Virus record (IMG/VR): IMGVR_UViG_3300047481_001175
Location: 5,209 to 69,208 of that record
Strand: one strand, 5' to 3'
Length of the DNA: 64,000 nucleotides
Origin: a virus
The notes beneath the pieces are model-generated. The model searched no databases, had not been told where the DNA came from, and saw only the letters and a list, made by a program, of their open reading frames with translations. The position numbers and the translations under genes were made by a program. Of the stretch, positions 29,616 to 39,715 are shown in pieces (positions within the stretch are counted from its first letter, which is position 1; every line of letters begins with the position of its first letter).

Positions 29616-30391
29616 AAGACGAAGATCAAAGTATTTTAGAAAGTTTTTCAAACAGCGCACCCGGTTGTCTTACGACCAATTTTGAAGATACGACGAAACA
29701 TTTTGTAGTTCGGGGTGTAGTTAAACGAAAAGAAATAAAAGAGTGTGAAGCTCAACAACGAGACTATTATTATATTGACACCGGATATTTAGGAAATTTT
29801 CCTAGTCGAGGAAATTCATCGGGCAAAAAGATCTGGCACCGCATTGTTAAAAATGATGTTCAGCATACTAAGATCGAAAATAAACCTAAAGACCGATGGA
29901 ATACTATTGTCAATCAAGATCCAAGATTGATTTGGCCAGGTTGGAAAAATTTTAACAAAAAAATATTGCTTGTATTGCCAAATCCCAAAGCAACAAATTT
30001 TTATGGTATAGATTGCGAAACGTGGGTAAAAGAAACCACAGAAAAAATCAAGACGTATTCTGATCTACCAATTGAGGTACGTTCAAAAGGATCACGATCT
30101 TATAGAAACCACGAATATTCAATTTATCACGCATTTGATTCAGGTGTTTATGCTACGGTATCATTTAATAGTATCGCATCACTTGAAAGTGTACTCTATG
30201 GTATTCCTGCATTCGTATCAGTACCTTGTGCCGCTGGACCACTTTCATCAACTGATTTATCTACTCTAAAAAATCCTTACAAACCGCCAATGCAGGACAT
30301 CCTTGCGCAATGTTATAACTTATCCTATGGTCAATTTTCATTAGGTGAAATTAATAACGGAACTGCTTATAAAATTATTAATAATTTATGA
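29609..30391 (+). CDS. KpsS/KpsC-like glycosyltransferase, paralogue 2
   Basis: YIDTGYL, VSFNSIASLESVLYGIPAF, LSYGQF. Confidence 0.65.
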   Translation: MVKDEDQSILESFSNSAPGCLTTNFEDTTKHFVVRGVVKRKEIKECEAQQRDYYYIDTGYLGNFPSRGNSSGKKIWHRIVKNDVQHTKIENKPKDRWNTIVNQDPRLIWPGWKNFNKKILLVLPNPKATNFYGIDCETWVKETTEKIKTYSDLPIEVRSKGSRSYRNHEYSIYHAFDSGVYATVSFNSIASLESVLYGIPAFVSVPCAAGPLSSTDLSTLKNPYKPPMQDILAQCYNLSYGQFSLGEINNGTAYKIINNL

Positions 30392-31479
30392 AACTATTAC
30401 TTAACAATAAAGAGATCGCACATTTCCTTCTCAGCCTTATCGACTATTATAAATCGGTTAAAGATATAGAGATGCCGGGCGACGAAGTAAATGAAGCAAT
30501 AACCTATATAGTAATTGAAAAAAACAAAAAAAAATTTGATCTATTACGGATGCAAAAGAAATTCAAAGATCGAATAGAAAGTGCTGTGAGTAGAGATTTA
30601 AAAAACTACAAGATGGAAGTACAAAAAGTGCTTAAGGCTAAGCGCGAGCAATATTATGAACTAGTACATGGCAACATAGATTATTTTATTGATACCCTAG
30701 GCGAAGAAAATATATTAAATCTTTACAAAAATAATGCTAAACAAAATTTTGTTAAAAGTGTTGGATTAAAAATTGACCCCAGCGGAATTTTAATAAGAAG
30801 ACGACATTTCACAGATTATTCGGATGACTGTTTAATTAGAAATACCGTTGGTAACGAAAAATTGCTATTAGAAAAAATAGATAAAAAATATCCTTTTTGG
30901 TTTATTGACAGCGGGTATACAAATTTCATAGAACCAAATAAAAAATGGCACAGAATAGTCAGAAATCATCTACATAATAATGCGCAGTTTGCAGCACCTG
31001 TTGATAGATTAGGTAATTTTACTAAGTTTCCTAGACAATGGAGAGACGGCGGCGATAAAATTTTAATAATCGAACCGGGTCCATTTGCTGCTGGTATTTT
31101 TAAGGTAGATTTGTCAACTTGGAGATATAATGTTGAGGCGGAACTAAGACAATATTCAGATAAACCTATTGTTTTTAGAGAAAAAATTAACAAAAAAACA
31201 AGATCTAATCTATACGAAGAATTATGCAACGACGATTTTTATTGTGTAATTAATATCAATTCAAATGCAGCTACAGAAGCAATATGGGCAGGCATTCCTG
31301 TTATAACTTTAGATAAACATATTACAAATTCTGTTTCACGCAATAAAATCAGTGACATCAATAATTTATACAGACCAAATTTAGCTAACTGGTTATGTAT
31401 GCTGAGTTATAGTCAATTTACCTATGACGAACTTATTTCTGGCACGGCTTTGACTATATATAATCAATATCATGTCTAA
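30388..31479 (+). CDS. KpsS/KpsC-like glycosyltransferase, paralogue 3 (helical N-terminal extension)
   Basis: FIDSGY, ININSNAATEAIWAGIPVI, LSYSQF. Confidence 0.65.
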   Translation: MKLLLNNKEIAHFLLSLIDYYKSVKDIEMPGDEVNEAITYIVIEKNKKKFDLLRMQKKFKDRIESAVSRDLKNYKMEVQKVLKAKREQYYELVHGNIDYFIDTLGEENILNLYKNNAKQNFVKSVGLKIDPSGILIRRRHFTDYSDDCLIRNTVGNEKLLLEKIDKKYPFWFIDSGYTNFIEPNKKWHRIVRNHLHNNAQFAAPVDRLGNFTKFPRQWRDGGDKILIIEPGPFAAGIFKVDLSTWRYNVEAELRQYSDKPIVFREKINKKTRSNLYEELCNDDFYCVININSNAATEAIWAGIPVITLDKHITNSVSRNKISDINNLYRPNLANWLCMLSYSQFTYDELISGTALTIYNQYHV

Positions 31480-32401
31480 ATTAACTGCGGTCGCATATTA
31501 TGGAGGAATTCCATCTAAAAATAATAATCCAGAAAAACCGTTAATACTGGATAACTTTTGTCAAGGAGTAATCGCTTCGGGAGATACCGCTATCGCTCAT
31601 CGGACAATGACCGTGATTCCCTGCGATGTTGCTCTAATACAAGGATTTGTACATGACGATGGTAAAACATTACCTCATCTTATATTAAGACAACAAGCTA
31701 TAGATCTACAAAGAAAAAATAATAAAAAAAGCCTTATCGTAGACAGTAATTTATTCTTGTACGCAGATCCTGGGAATTCTAAAAGATATTTAAGATATAG
31801 TTTTGACGGTGTTTTTCCTACTACTGGATTTTATTTTGATAAAGATGTAAATCCTTTGAGATGGCAAAAAATTTCTCAAGAACTGAACTTAAATTTAAAA
31901 CCTTATAGATCCAGAGGAGACCATATTTTAATTTGTCTTCAAAGAAACGGTGGTTGGAGTATGCGTGGATTATCTGTGATAGATTGGCTCAATGAAACTA
32001 TCGTAAAAATAAGACAATATTCTAGAAAAAGACCGATTATAGTTAGATCACATCCGGGCGATAAAAAAATTAAAAGATTTTTAACAATAAATCATAAAAA
32101 TGTTAGACTGAGTACCAACGAAAAATTGATCGATGACCTTAGAGGTGCTTGGGCATCGGTAGTGTATAACAGCAGCCCTAGTGTGGCTAGCATAATAGAA
32201 GGTGTTCCTACGTTTTTAACCGATCCCCACCCTCAACATAGTCAAAGCTTCGAAGTAGCCAACATCGATTTAAGCAAATTAGAAAATCCTGAACTGAGAG
32301 AAAGACAATGTTGGATAGAAAAACTTTCAATGTGTCATTGGAACTTTGAAGAATTGAAATCTGGCGAGGCATGGTCTTTTTTTAGACAATATACTACCTA
32401 A
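31472..32401 (+). CDS. KpsS/KpsC-like glycosyltransferase, paralogue 4
   Basis: ILICLQ, IVRSHP, VVYNSSPSVASIIEGVP, LSMCHW..EE..SG. Confidence 0.65.
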   Translation: MSKLTAVAYYGGIPSKNNNPEKPLILDNFCQGVIASGDTAIAHRTMTVIPCDVALIQGFVHDDGKTLPHLILRQQAIDLQRKNNKKSLIVDSNLFLYADPGNSKRYLRYSFDGVFPTTGFYFDKDVNPLRWQKISQELNLNLKPYRSRGDHILICLQRNGGWSMRGLSVIDWLNETIVKIRQYSRKRPIIVRSHPGDKKIKRFLTINHKNVRLSTNEKLIDDLRGAWASVVYNSSPSVASIIEGVPTFLTDPHPQHSQSFEVANIDLSKLENPELRERQCWIEKLSMCHWNFEELKSGEAWSFFRQYTT

Positions 32402-33224
32402 ACTGTTGCCAGTAAGGCTCAGTTCTTTTAACAACTAAATCTTCTCTCTTGCTCTTACCTAATTTTTTTCTAGAACCTTTTAGATGATCTAGGTAAGCGC
32501 CCCATTCGGAATTAATTAACGGATGACCTTCACCGGTAATTAAGCCAGCACTCCAATCTAGTTGTTTTAGAAAAGGAAATTTTATTCTTACAGCATCAAA
32601 TACAAAACTATCGTGCCATTCGTCTAGTAAAAAAATACCATTTTCTGCTCGATCATACATTCTTTGAAACTCAAATAAAAAATTTCTAGTTTGTTCAGTC
32701 TTAAGATTCAATGAATACAGTCCGCATTCTGAAAATTTGCCTTTTCTCCCCAAAAAACACAAATCTTTGTCGGTAGGACAAAATTTTATAAGCTGTTCCA
32801 TAGTAATAGGACTGTGGCAATAGGTATCGGCATCCATCCAAATCAAAATATCCGAATCTGTTTGTCTAGCACAGTGAAATATAGTATAAACTTTGTGAGC
32901 GAACCTAACGGCATCCCATTTAAAACCTTTACCGGCATCTCTTCTTCTAGATCTTATCGGGTCTTGACTGACATCCCCATTGGCCTTAGGCACACCCTTC
33001 CATTTATTTTTAAATGTTGTTAACTCTTGAACGCTGTCTAGATCAACTAGTGTGATCCTTGAGTGATCGTTGACTATAGGATTACATTTTTCGGGATACA
33101 CATACAATTTTACCTCCGAAGGCCAAGTCTTACAGAAACTGTCAATCATACGTTGACCATAAATTTTTAAACCTTCTTCGTGAAAGGTAGTTACTACTGA
33201 TATTTTCAAGGGGATAGTTTCCAT
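32394..33224 (-). CDS. GT-A nucleotide-diphospho-sugar transferase
   Basis: RFAHKV, LIWMDAD, SECG, EWHDSFVF and DHLKG motifs. Confidence 0.7.
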   Translation of the reverse strand: METIPLKISVVTTFHEEGLKIYGQRMIDSFCKTWPSEVKLYVYPEKCNPIVNDHSRITLVDLDSVQELTTFKNKWKGVPKANGDVSQDPIRSRRRDAGKGFKWDAVRFAHKVYTIFHCARQTDSDILIWMDADTYCHSPITMEQLIKFCPTDKDLCFLGRKGKFSECGLYSLNLKTEQTRNFLFEFQRMYDRAENGIFLLDEWHDSFVFDAVRIKFPFLKQLDWSAGLITGEGHPLINSEWGAYLDHLKGSRKKLGKSKREDLVVKRTEPYWQQFR

Positions 33225-33607
33225 ATTTGTTTTCCGTCAGATATTTCTACACATTTGTACCCAATTAATCCAATTGGTCGAGATTCTTCCTTGCCGAGAT
33301 ATTCCTCCCCCTGGATGTAGATAGGAGGATTGAATCTAGTTAAAATATGCCTTAACGATTCTAAAGATCCGATATATTTTCGATCAACCAATATTAAATC
33401 TATTTCTGGATAGATGGTTATGTTTTCAAAATTTTCTCTATAAATTAAATTACGCTTTTTTAATGCGCCGAAGGTAGAGGTTAGGACAAATATATTATCT
33501 GCCTCCTCTAATAATTGATCCATATGACCAAATCCTGTGCCTAAAACAGCTATGTTCCTTAGATTTTTTAGACCAGATTTTTTTAATCTTTTAATAAATT
33601 TTGCCAT
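33206..33607 (-). CDS. Hypothetical protein (degenerate Rossmann/methyltransferase-like)
   Basis: AVLGTGFG Gly motif; co-oriented with the neighbouring GT. Confidence 0.45.
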   Translation of the reverse strand: MAKFIKRLKKSGLKNLRNIAVLGTGFGHMDQLLEEADNIFVLTSTFGALKKRNLIYRENFENITIYPEIDLILVDRKYIGSLESLRHILTRFNPPIYIQGEEYLGKEESRPIGLIGYKCVEISDGKQIWKLSP

Positions 33608-33644
33608 GATTGCGAATTAAATACTACTATATTTATTTTTAATC

Positions 33645-34484
33645 ATGAAGCTTAAACTTTATAGAGAATTTGGAGCTCTAAACAGCGAACCTATTTTTAA
33701 TGCTGTGGAAACAGGAATTAGGAAGATAGGTTGGCAATCTTGTGTCTCCGGAGAAGACATCCCTGTTATCTGGTCAGTGCTATGGGGCGGCAGAATGAGA
33801 AACAATAAACTCGTTTATGAGCAAGCTCGACTAAAAAATAAACCTGTACTGATAGTAGAAGTAGGAAATCTCAAAAGAAACGAGACATGGAGGATTTCTT
33901 TAAATCATATTAATGGTTTAGGAGAATTTGCTAACGAAATAAATTTAGATAATTCAAGGCCGTCTAGATTAGGTATTCATTTAAAAGATTTTAATAAAGA
34001 TCGCAAAGATAAAATTTTAATCGCAACACAACATAAACTTAGTTTGCAATGGCAGGGTCAAAAGTCTATGGAAGACTGGGCCGAGGACACTGTAAAACAA
34101 ATAAGACGATTTTCAGATAGGCCTATAATGATAAGACCACATCCTAGATCTCCATTTGTTAGAAATATTGCAGGTGCTGAAATAGAATCACCGAAAAAAT
34201 TAAAAGATACATATGATGATTTTGATATCGACTATGATTATCACTGCGTTGTTAATTTTAATAGTGGTCCGGCAGTTCAAGCTGCGATCAATGGTACTCC
34301 AATTATCTGCGATCCTACCAGCCTAGCATTTCCTGTCAGTGACAAAATTTCAAATATTGAAAAAATAATGCTGCCCGATCGTGAAAATTGGTTTTTAAAG
34401 TTGTGCCACACAGAATGGACTGTTGATGAGATATCTAAAGGAATTCCTTTCTCCAGATTAAAAGAAAAATTTGATTTTTTATGA
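33645..34484 (+). CDS. KpsS/KpsC-like glycosyltransferase, paralogue 5
   Basis: ILIATQ, IRPHPR, VVNFNSGPAVQAAINGTP, LCHTEW..DE..G. Confidence 0.65.
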   Translation: MKLKLYREFGALNSEPIFNAVETGIRKIGWQSCVSGEDIPVIWSVLWGGRMRNNKLVYEQARLKNKPVLIVEVGNLKRNETWRISLNHINGLGEFANEINLDNSRPSRLGIHLKDFNKDRKDKILIATQHKLSLQWQGQKSMEDWAEDTVKQIRRFSDRPIMIRPHPRSPFVRNIAGAEIESPKKLKDTYDDFDIDYDYHCVVNFNSGPAVQAAINGTPIICDPTSLAFPVSDKISNIEKIMLPDRENWFLKLCHTEWTVDEISKGIPFSRLKEKFDFL

Positions 34485-34500
34485 TAGTTCATGCTATAAT
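34471..34500 (+). promoter_or_regulatory. Sigma70-type promoter
   Basis: TTGATT-18 bp-TATAAT with TG extension; ATG 6 nt downstream. Confidence 0.55.
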
Positions 34501-34506
34501 ATTAAT

Positions 34507-35691
34507 ATGTTAAAGTATGATTTCTTCGAAGATATCTTTTTAGATCTTTTTCCTGTGAGCACATCTCGAGGATTTCCTCTGCAGCCTCAAGATCGATCTG
34601 CTATTCTAAATTTTTATGAAATTATTTCTGCTAACAATGCGCTAACTGAAAATCAATCTAGATATATTTTAAAAATATTAGACAAATATAAAATCATCTC
34701 AGAAAAATTTGGATTAAGTTACAAAGACAGCCTCGAAACAGCTAGTTGGAAACAGCCTTTTAGAGTTATTGATTACACTAAAAAAATTAGTGTAGAAAAA
34801 GATGAAGATAATCATATCTGGATCATTGCCAAATTTCCATATTCTCTAAAATCTAAATTTGAAACTGAATTTTTGATAGGTGTATCGGATTCAAAATGGG
34901 ATGCTGACAGAAAAGTTAGAAAAATTCCGTTCTATAGTGTTAACATAATCTCTTTTTATAATTTTTGTAAAGATAACGATTTTGAAATAGACGAGAGCTT
35001 TCTTTCAGCCATCGGAGAAGTGGAAGAAATATGGAACAGGTCTGACGAGATTGAACAATTTTGTTTCGTTGAAAATGACGAGGTCCGGCTATCGAATGTT
35101 GACAATGGTATTTTAGATTACTGGCGATCAAACAGGCAAAGTCAAATAACCAATGATCTAATTTTAGCGAAATCTATGGGATACCTGCTGAAACAGCCGT
35201 CTAAAAATCCAACTGTTGCAGAAATTATCGCATCTTCAAAAGAAAATATTTTTTGGATATCGGATTTTAATAAATTTTTCTCTGTCACTAATAGCATCAC
35301 AGGAAAAATTTGTATTTTGGTTGATCGGGTTTCATCTCGACGAGATTTTTTAGAAGATTTTGTTAAATCAGCAGATGAAAATGGAGTTAGAAGAGAAGAA
35401 ATTAAGGTCTGTCATAGAGAGTCGAATCAAGGAAATTCAGAATTCAATGACTGGGTTAAAGAAAACTCATTAGGAGGCAAAGTTGGTGATGGCAAGTATT
35501 TGATTTTTAATCATAAACCTAGCAAATGGTTGTTTCAACAAGAAAATTCAGTTAAAATTATAGCTACTAATGGTCTATATACCGACACTTCACCGTTTGT
35601 TAGAGATTGGATAAATCACCATCCTTGTGTTTTTTATATCGGACCAGTTAAACCTACTTTACAGAGGGAAAAAAAGATTGTCGATTTGTAA
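34507..35691 (+). CDS. Hypothetical protein upstream of UvsW
   Basis: 394-aa ORF overlapping the helicase start. Confidence 0.6.
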   Translation: MLKYDFFEDIFLDLFPVSTSRGFPLQPQDRSAILNFYEIISANNALTENQSRYILKILDKYKIISEKFGLSYKDSLETASWKQPFRVIDYTKKISVEKDEDNHIWIIAKFPYSLKSKFETEFLIGVSDSKWDADRKVRKIPFYSVNIISFYNFCKDNDFEIDESFLSAIGEVEEIWNRSDEIEQFCFVENDEVRLSNVDNGILDYWRSNRQSQITNDLILAKSMGYLLKQPSKNPTVAEIIASSKENIFWISDFNKFFSVTNSITGKICILVDRVSSRRDFLEDFVKSADENGVRREEIKVCHRESNQGNSEFNDWVKENSLGGKVGDGKYLIFNHKPSKWLFQQENSVKIIATNGLYTDTSPFVRDWINHHPCVFYIGPVKPTLQREKKIVDL

Positions 35692-37132
35692 ATTAATCAT
35701 CAAGGATGAAGTTAACATCAAAGTTGAAGGTCTTAGTGTTGAAACTAGACGAAAAATTGTCAATAAATTAAAGTTCGATCTTCCCTACGCTCGTCATATG
35801 CCTGCATATAAGTTAGGAAGATGGGATGGAACTAAAACATACTTCGGTATTGGCGGAACCGGATACCTTGCACATTTAGATGTAATACTGCCTATTGTCG
35901 AAGATGCCGGTTACGACATAGAAGTCGAAGATCACCGTGAACATAAGTCACTGAGTTTCACTGAAATAAACGAAAACTATTGGGAAGATAAAGGCAAGAC
36001 CTGGCCTAAAGGTCATCCTCAAGCAGGCCAACCTATCGTCCTTAGAGATTATCAATATGAAGTTATAAACAGATTTACAGAAAATCCTCAAAGCCTACAA
36101 GAAGTAGCTACGGGTGCCGGTAAAACAATTACTACAGCTACATTAAGTCATTTATGCGAACCTTATGGCAGAACGATGGTTATTGTTCCTAACAAAAGTC
36201 TTGTTGTTCAAACTGAAGAAGACTACAAAAATTTAGGACTCGACGTCGGTGTATACTTTGGTGATAGGAAAGAACTTAATCGTACGCATACCATTTGTAC
36301 CTGGCAAAGTCTTAACATATTAGAGAAAAAAAGCTATGATGACGATACTCTTTCTTTGGCCGAATTCTGTGAAGGTGTTGTTGCAATCATCGTCGATGAG
36401 GTTCATCAGGCCAAGGCAGATGTATTGACAAGATTGTTGACACAGAACTTTCGCAACTGTGCTATTCGTTGGGGACTCACTGGCACCATACCTAAAGAAA
36501 AATGGGAATTTCAAGGACTTCTTGCCAGTATCGGACCTGTGACAGGACAAGTAACTGCGCACGATCTACAGCAAAAAGATGTTCTTGCTCAACTAGATAT
36601 CCAGATATTACAAACCAACGATATAGAAGTTTTTAGAAATTTTCAGGAAGAATATTCTTGGTTAGTTACAGATTCTAAAAGATTAGAGTGGATATCTAGA
36701 AAAATAAAAGAGTTTTCTCTTACAGGAAACACCCTTGTTTTGGTCAACAGAATTGACACAGGAAATAAAATTATTGAAAAAATACCAGATGCAGTTTTTA
36801 TTTCTGGTGCTGTAAAATTAGACGATCGAAAAGAAGAATACGATGAAATTAAAACTAGTAATGATAAGATTATTGTGGCGACTTATGGTGTGGCCGCTGT
36901 GGGTATTAATATTCCAAGGATTTTTAATCTGGTTCTTATTGAGCCCGGAAAGAGCTTTGTCCGCGTTATCCAAAGCATTGGACGAGGCATTAGAAAAGCA
37001 GAAGACAAAGATTTCGTCCAGATCTGGGATATAACGTCAACTTGCAAGTATGCCAAGCGGCACCTTACAGAACGTAAAAAATATTACAAGGAAGCAAAAT
37101 ATCCTTTTACAATTACCAAGGTAACAATATGA
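35678..37132 (+). CDS. uvsW: SF2 DNA helicase (UvsW-like)
   Basis: LRDYQ, ATGAGKT, DEVH, GLTGT, GINIP and QSIGRGIR motifs. Confidence 0.9.
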   Translation: MSICKLIIKDEVNIKVEGLSVETRRKIVNKLKFDLPYARHMPAYKLGRWDGTKTYFGIGGTGYLAHLDVILPIVEDAGYDIEVEDHREHKSLSFTEINENYWEDKGKTWPKGHPQAGQPIVLRDYQYEVINRFTENPQSLQEVATGAGKTITTATLSHLCEPYGRTMVIVPNKSLVVQTEEDYKNLGLDVGVYFGDRKELNRTHTICTWQSLNILEKKSYDDDTLSLAEFCEGVVAIIVDEVHQAKADVLTRLLTQNFRNCAIRWGLTGTIPKEKWEFQGLLASIGPVTGQVTAHDLQQKDVLAQLDIQILQTNDIEVFRNFQEEYSWLVTDSKRLEWISRKIKEFSLTGNTLVLVNRIDTGNKIIEKIPDAVFISGAVKLDDRKEEYDEIKTSNDKIIVATYGVAAVGINIPRIFNLVLIEPGKSFVRVIQSIGRGIRKAEDKDFVQIWDITSTCKYAKRHLTERKKYYKEAKYPFTITKVTI

Positions 37133-37635
37133 AAATTTTAACACTAAACAACAGATCTTTTGATCTCAATGAACTACCGGAAGAAATCGACGAGGATATT
37201 CGATTCAGTGTATTGGATAATAGTAATCCACACGAACCAGATTTCTTTTTTATGCCTTTGATTTTCTTAGAATCTTTCAACAGTCCTGCGATTCTACTTA
37301 ACGTTGGAGGTTACGAAGTACAGATGCCCCTTGATTGGTGTATGATAGTCGGAGACAAAGACAGCGGTTTGGACCCTGAGGTTTTGCCGTTGACCAGCCT
37401 TAACGAAAGAGGATTTGATGCTTTTGTTTTCAATCCAGTTAAAGGATTCAAACCTGAGTATATGCCAATAGAGATCGTTAACATTTACCAGGATGTCAAA
37501 TGGTATTTTCCTAAAATGAAGAATGGACAGTTGCTTACGGTCCCGCTACATGATGATGTGAATCCTCCTTGCATTTACTTTGTTAAAGAAGTTTCTAGAC
37601 AATGCGAAGTTTTACAATTACATAAAGTTTTATAA
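37129..37635 (+). CDS. Hypothetical all-beta protein
   Basis: 168-aa ORF coupled to uvsW by an ATGA overlap. Confidence 0.6.
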   Translation: MKILTLNNRSFDLNELPEEIDEDIRFSVLDNSNPHEPDFFFMPLIFLESFNSPAILLNVGGYEVQMPLDWCMIVGDKDSGLDPEVLPLTSLNERGFDAFVFNPVKGFKPEYMPIEIVNIYQDVKWYFPKMKNGQLLTVPLHDDVNPPCIYFVKEVSRQCEVLQLHKVL

Positions 37636-37877
37636 TGCCAATGGATAGTCTTATGTGGCAGGAAAGCGCCGATCAAGCATTCAAAAGACGATGTATAGGC
37701 TGGGAACTAAAATTTAGCCTATGGCCAAGACGTTGCCATTATACAGGAAAAATACTTTGGTTTAAATCGGCCTATATGGGAACATCTATGTTAACAGGTC
37801 CGGGAGAACCTGTATTTGATTATAGGTGGTGCGAAAAAAATGAGTACCTATTTTTAAAAATTAAAGGAACAATATGA
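37635..37877 (+). CDS. Hypothetical protein
   Basis: 80-aa coupled ORF. Confidence 0.55.
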   Translation: MPMDSLMWQESADQAFKRRCIGWELKFSLWPRRCHYTGKILWFKSAYMGTSMLTGPGEPVFDYRWCEKNEYLFLKIKGTI

Positions 37878-38509
37878 GTTGGCCAGTCGATGTAACACAA
37901 TTTTTAGACGGGGGATTTAACTGGTCAATGTACGAAAAAGATTTTTTGTATACCCCAGACGGTAATAGAGAAATTCCTGATCATCATTGTAAACAAACAT
38001 TTGTAAAAAGTTTACCATACATTAAGTCTTTTAGAAATTCAATAGATATCGGATGTAGGGACGGCGAATACACACGGTATCTCCATAAGTATTTTAATCA
38101 CGTTTATTGTTTTGATTATAGAAAACGTAAATTATTCAATAAAAATGTAGACCTCACAAAAGTAAGCCATTTTCAATGTGCGTTAGGGAATTGTAACGAA
38201 GAAATTTTAGTTTCCGGTGCAGGTAGTTTATTATCTCAGAGTGTACCAAAAGATCAATGGATAAAAATACAACTCTATACTTTAGATCAGTTCGAGTTTG
38301 AAAACATTGATTATATAAAAATAGATGTAGATGGATTTGAACTGAAGGTATTACAAGGAGCCATAAATACCATTGAAAAATTTAGTCCTATTCTTGTATT
38401 AGAGCAAGAAAACAATGATACTGAAGCTTTGGAATTTTGCAAAGGCTTAGGTTACAGTATAGCTGATTGGGACGATCAGCATCGCAACGTAATAATGAGG
38501 AAACTATGA
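37874..38509 (+). CDS. FkbM-family methyltransferase
   Basis: IDIGC..G, TLDQF, IDYIKIDVDGFELKVLQGA motifs. Confidence 0.85.
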   Translation: MSWPVDVTQFLDGGFNWSMYEKDFLYTPDGNREIPDHHCKQTFVKSLPYIKSFRNSIDIGCRDGEYTRYLHKYFNHVYCFDYRKRKLFNKNVDLTKVSHFQCALGNCNEEILVSGAGSLLSQSVPKDQWIKIQLYTLDQFEFENIDYIKIDVDGFELKVLQGAINTIEKFSPILVLEQENNDTEALEFCKGLGYSIADWDDQHRNVIMRKL

Positions 38510-38850
38510 TAGCAGGAAAAGTATGGGGACAAACAGAACTTCTCGAAGCCAACGGTGTTTTAGAATTTCATCGCATTGATATCAAAAAAGGTGGAGTGTG
38601 TAGTAAACACAAACACAAGTTCAAATGGAATGGATTCTTCGTAGAAAAAGGGGCTTTGATAATCCGTGTGTGGAAAAATAATTATGATCTAGTAGACGAA
38701 ACTGTTCTGATGGACGGTATGTACACTAAGGTCGCACCTGGAGAATTTCATCAATTTGAAGCTTTAGAAGATACCGTGGCTTTTGAATTGTATTGGGCAG
38801 AATTTGATCACGAAGATATCGAAAGAGAAACAGTGGGATTTTCTAAATGA
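38506..38850 (+). CDS. Cupin-domain protein
   Basis: KVWG, CSKHKH..KWNGF, PGEFHQFEALED and DIER motifs. Confidence 0.8.
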   Translation: MIAGKVWGQTELLEANGVLEFHRIDIKKGGVCSKHKHKFKWNGFFVEKGALIIRVWKNNYDLVDETVLMDGMYTKVAPGEFHQFEALEDTVAFELYWAEFDHEDIERETVGFSK

Positions 38851-39683
38851 AAGAGCGAAAGATATTTGTCTTTTGCGACGGCGGTCTCGGAAATAGATTA
38901 AATTCTTTAATCGGTGGATTGGTTATTGCTGAATCTTACAATCTTAAACCTATAATTTGTTGGCCTGAAAATAACTGGTGCGGATGTTCTTTTGAGGATT
39001 TATTTGACAATCAGTTTGACACAATTAAAGAAGATGTTTTTTATTTCTTTAAAGAAGAATCGGAAAATTTATTCTTATCGATAACCGATAACGGTATCAA
39101 ACTAAAAAATTATTTAGAGCCAAACGATCACGGATTCGAATCTATCAAACAAATAAATTCTGATGTGGTATATTATCATAATAAAATTCCTAAAAATTTG
39201 AATCAAGATAAAGTAAAAAAATTTGTAAGTTTTCTAAAAGTCAAAGAAAGTATCTTAAAAATAGTTCGTAGATTCATCAAAGAAAACGCTATCGATAAAC
39301 GTACGAAAGGTATACATATTAGAAAAACTGATTCTTCTAATCAATTAGATAGCCATCAATTATTTGAAAATATCAAAAACGATAGAAATACCAGATATTT
39401 TGTATGTTCAGATGATGAAGAAACTGAAGATATGTTTTCTAAACTTAATAATGTATCTGTATTTAAAAAAACCAGTTATGTTCAAAAGCTCAACGACGGG
39501 GAGTGGAGACAGCCTACTAAAGATACTAGTGGTAGAATTTTTGACTTCAACATCGATAGGCCCAAACAATCAGTCATTGAAGCTTTTGTAGATCTGTTAA
39601 TTTTGTCAAAAACAAATATTTCTGTTAAAAATAAAAGTACTTTTTTAAGTTGGGCTCATTTGTATTCAAGCTCTAATTTTTAA
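38847..39683 (+). CDS. Fucosyltransferase-like GT-B enzyme (GT11/GT23/NodZ-type)
   Basis: GGLGNRL, GIHIRKTD, FVCSDD and DLLILS...STF motifs. Confidence 0.7.
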   Translation: MKERKIFVFCDGGLGNRLNSLIGGLVIAESYNLKPIICWPENNWCGCSFEDLFDNQFDTIKEDVFYFFKEESENLFLSITDNGIKLKNYLEPNDHGFESIKQINSDVVYYHNKIPKNLNQDKVKKFVSFLKVKESILKIVRRFIKENAIDKRTKGIHIRKTDSSNQLDSHQLFENIKNDRNTRYFVCSDDEETEDMFSKLNNVSVFKKTSYVQKLNDGEWRQPTKDTSGRIFDFNIDRPKQSVIEAFVDLLILSKTNISVKNKSTFLSWAHLYSSSNF

Positions 39684-39715
39684 TGGAATAAATACCCTGT
39701 TAACGAGGAAAAGTT

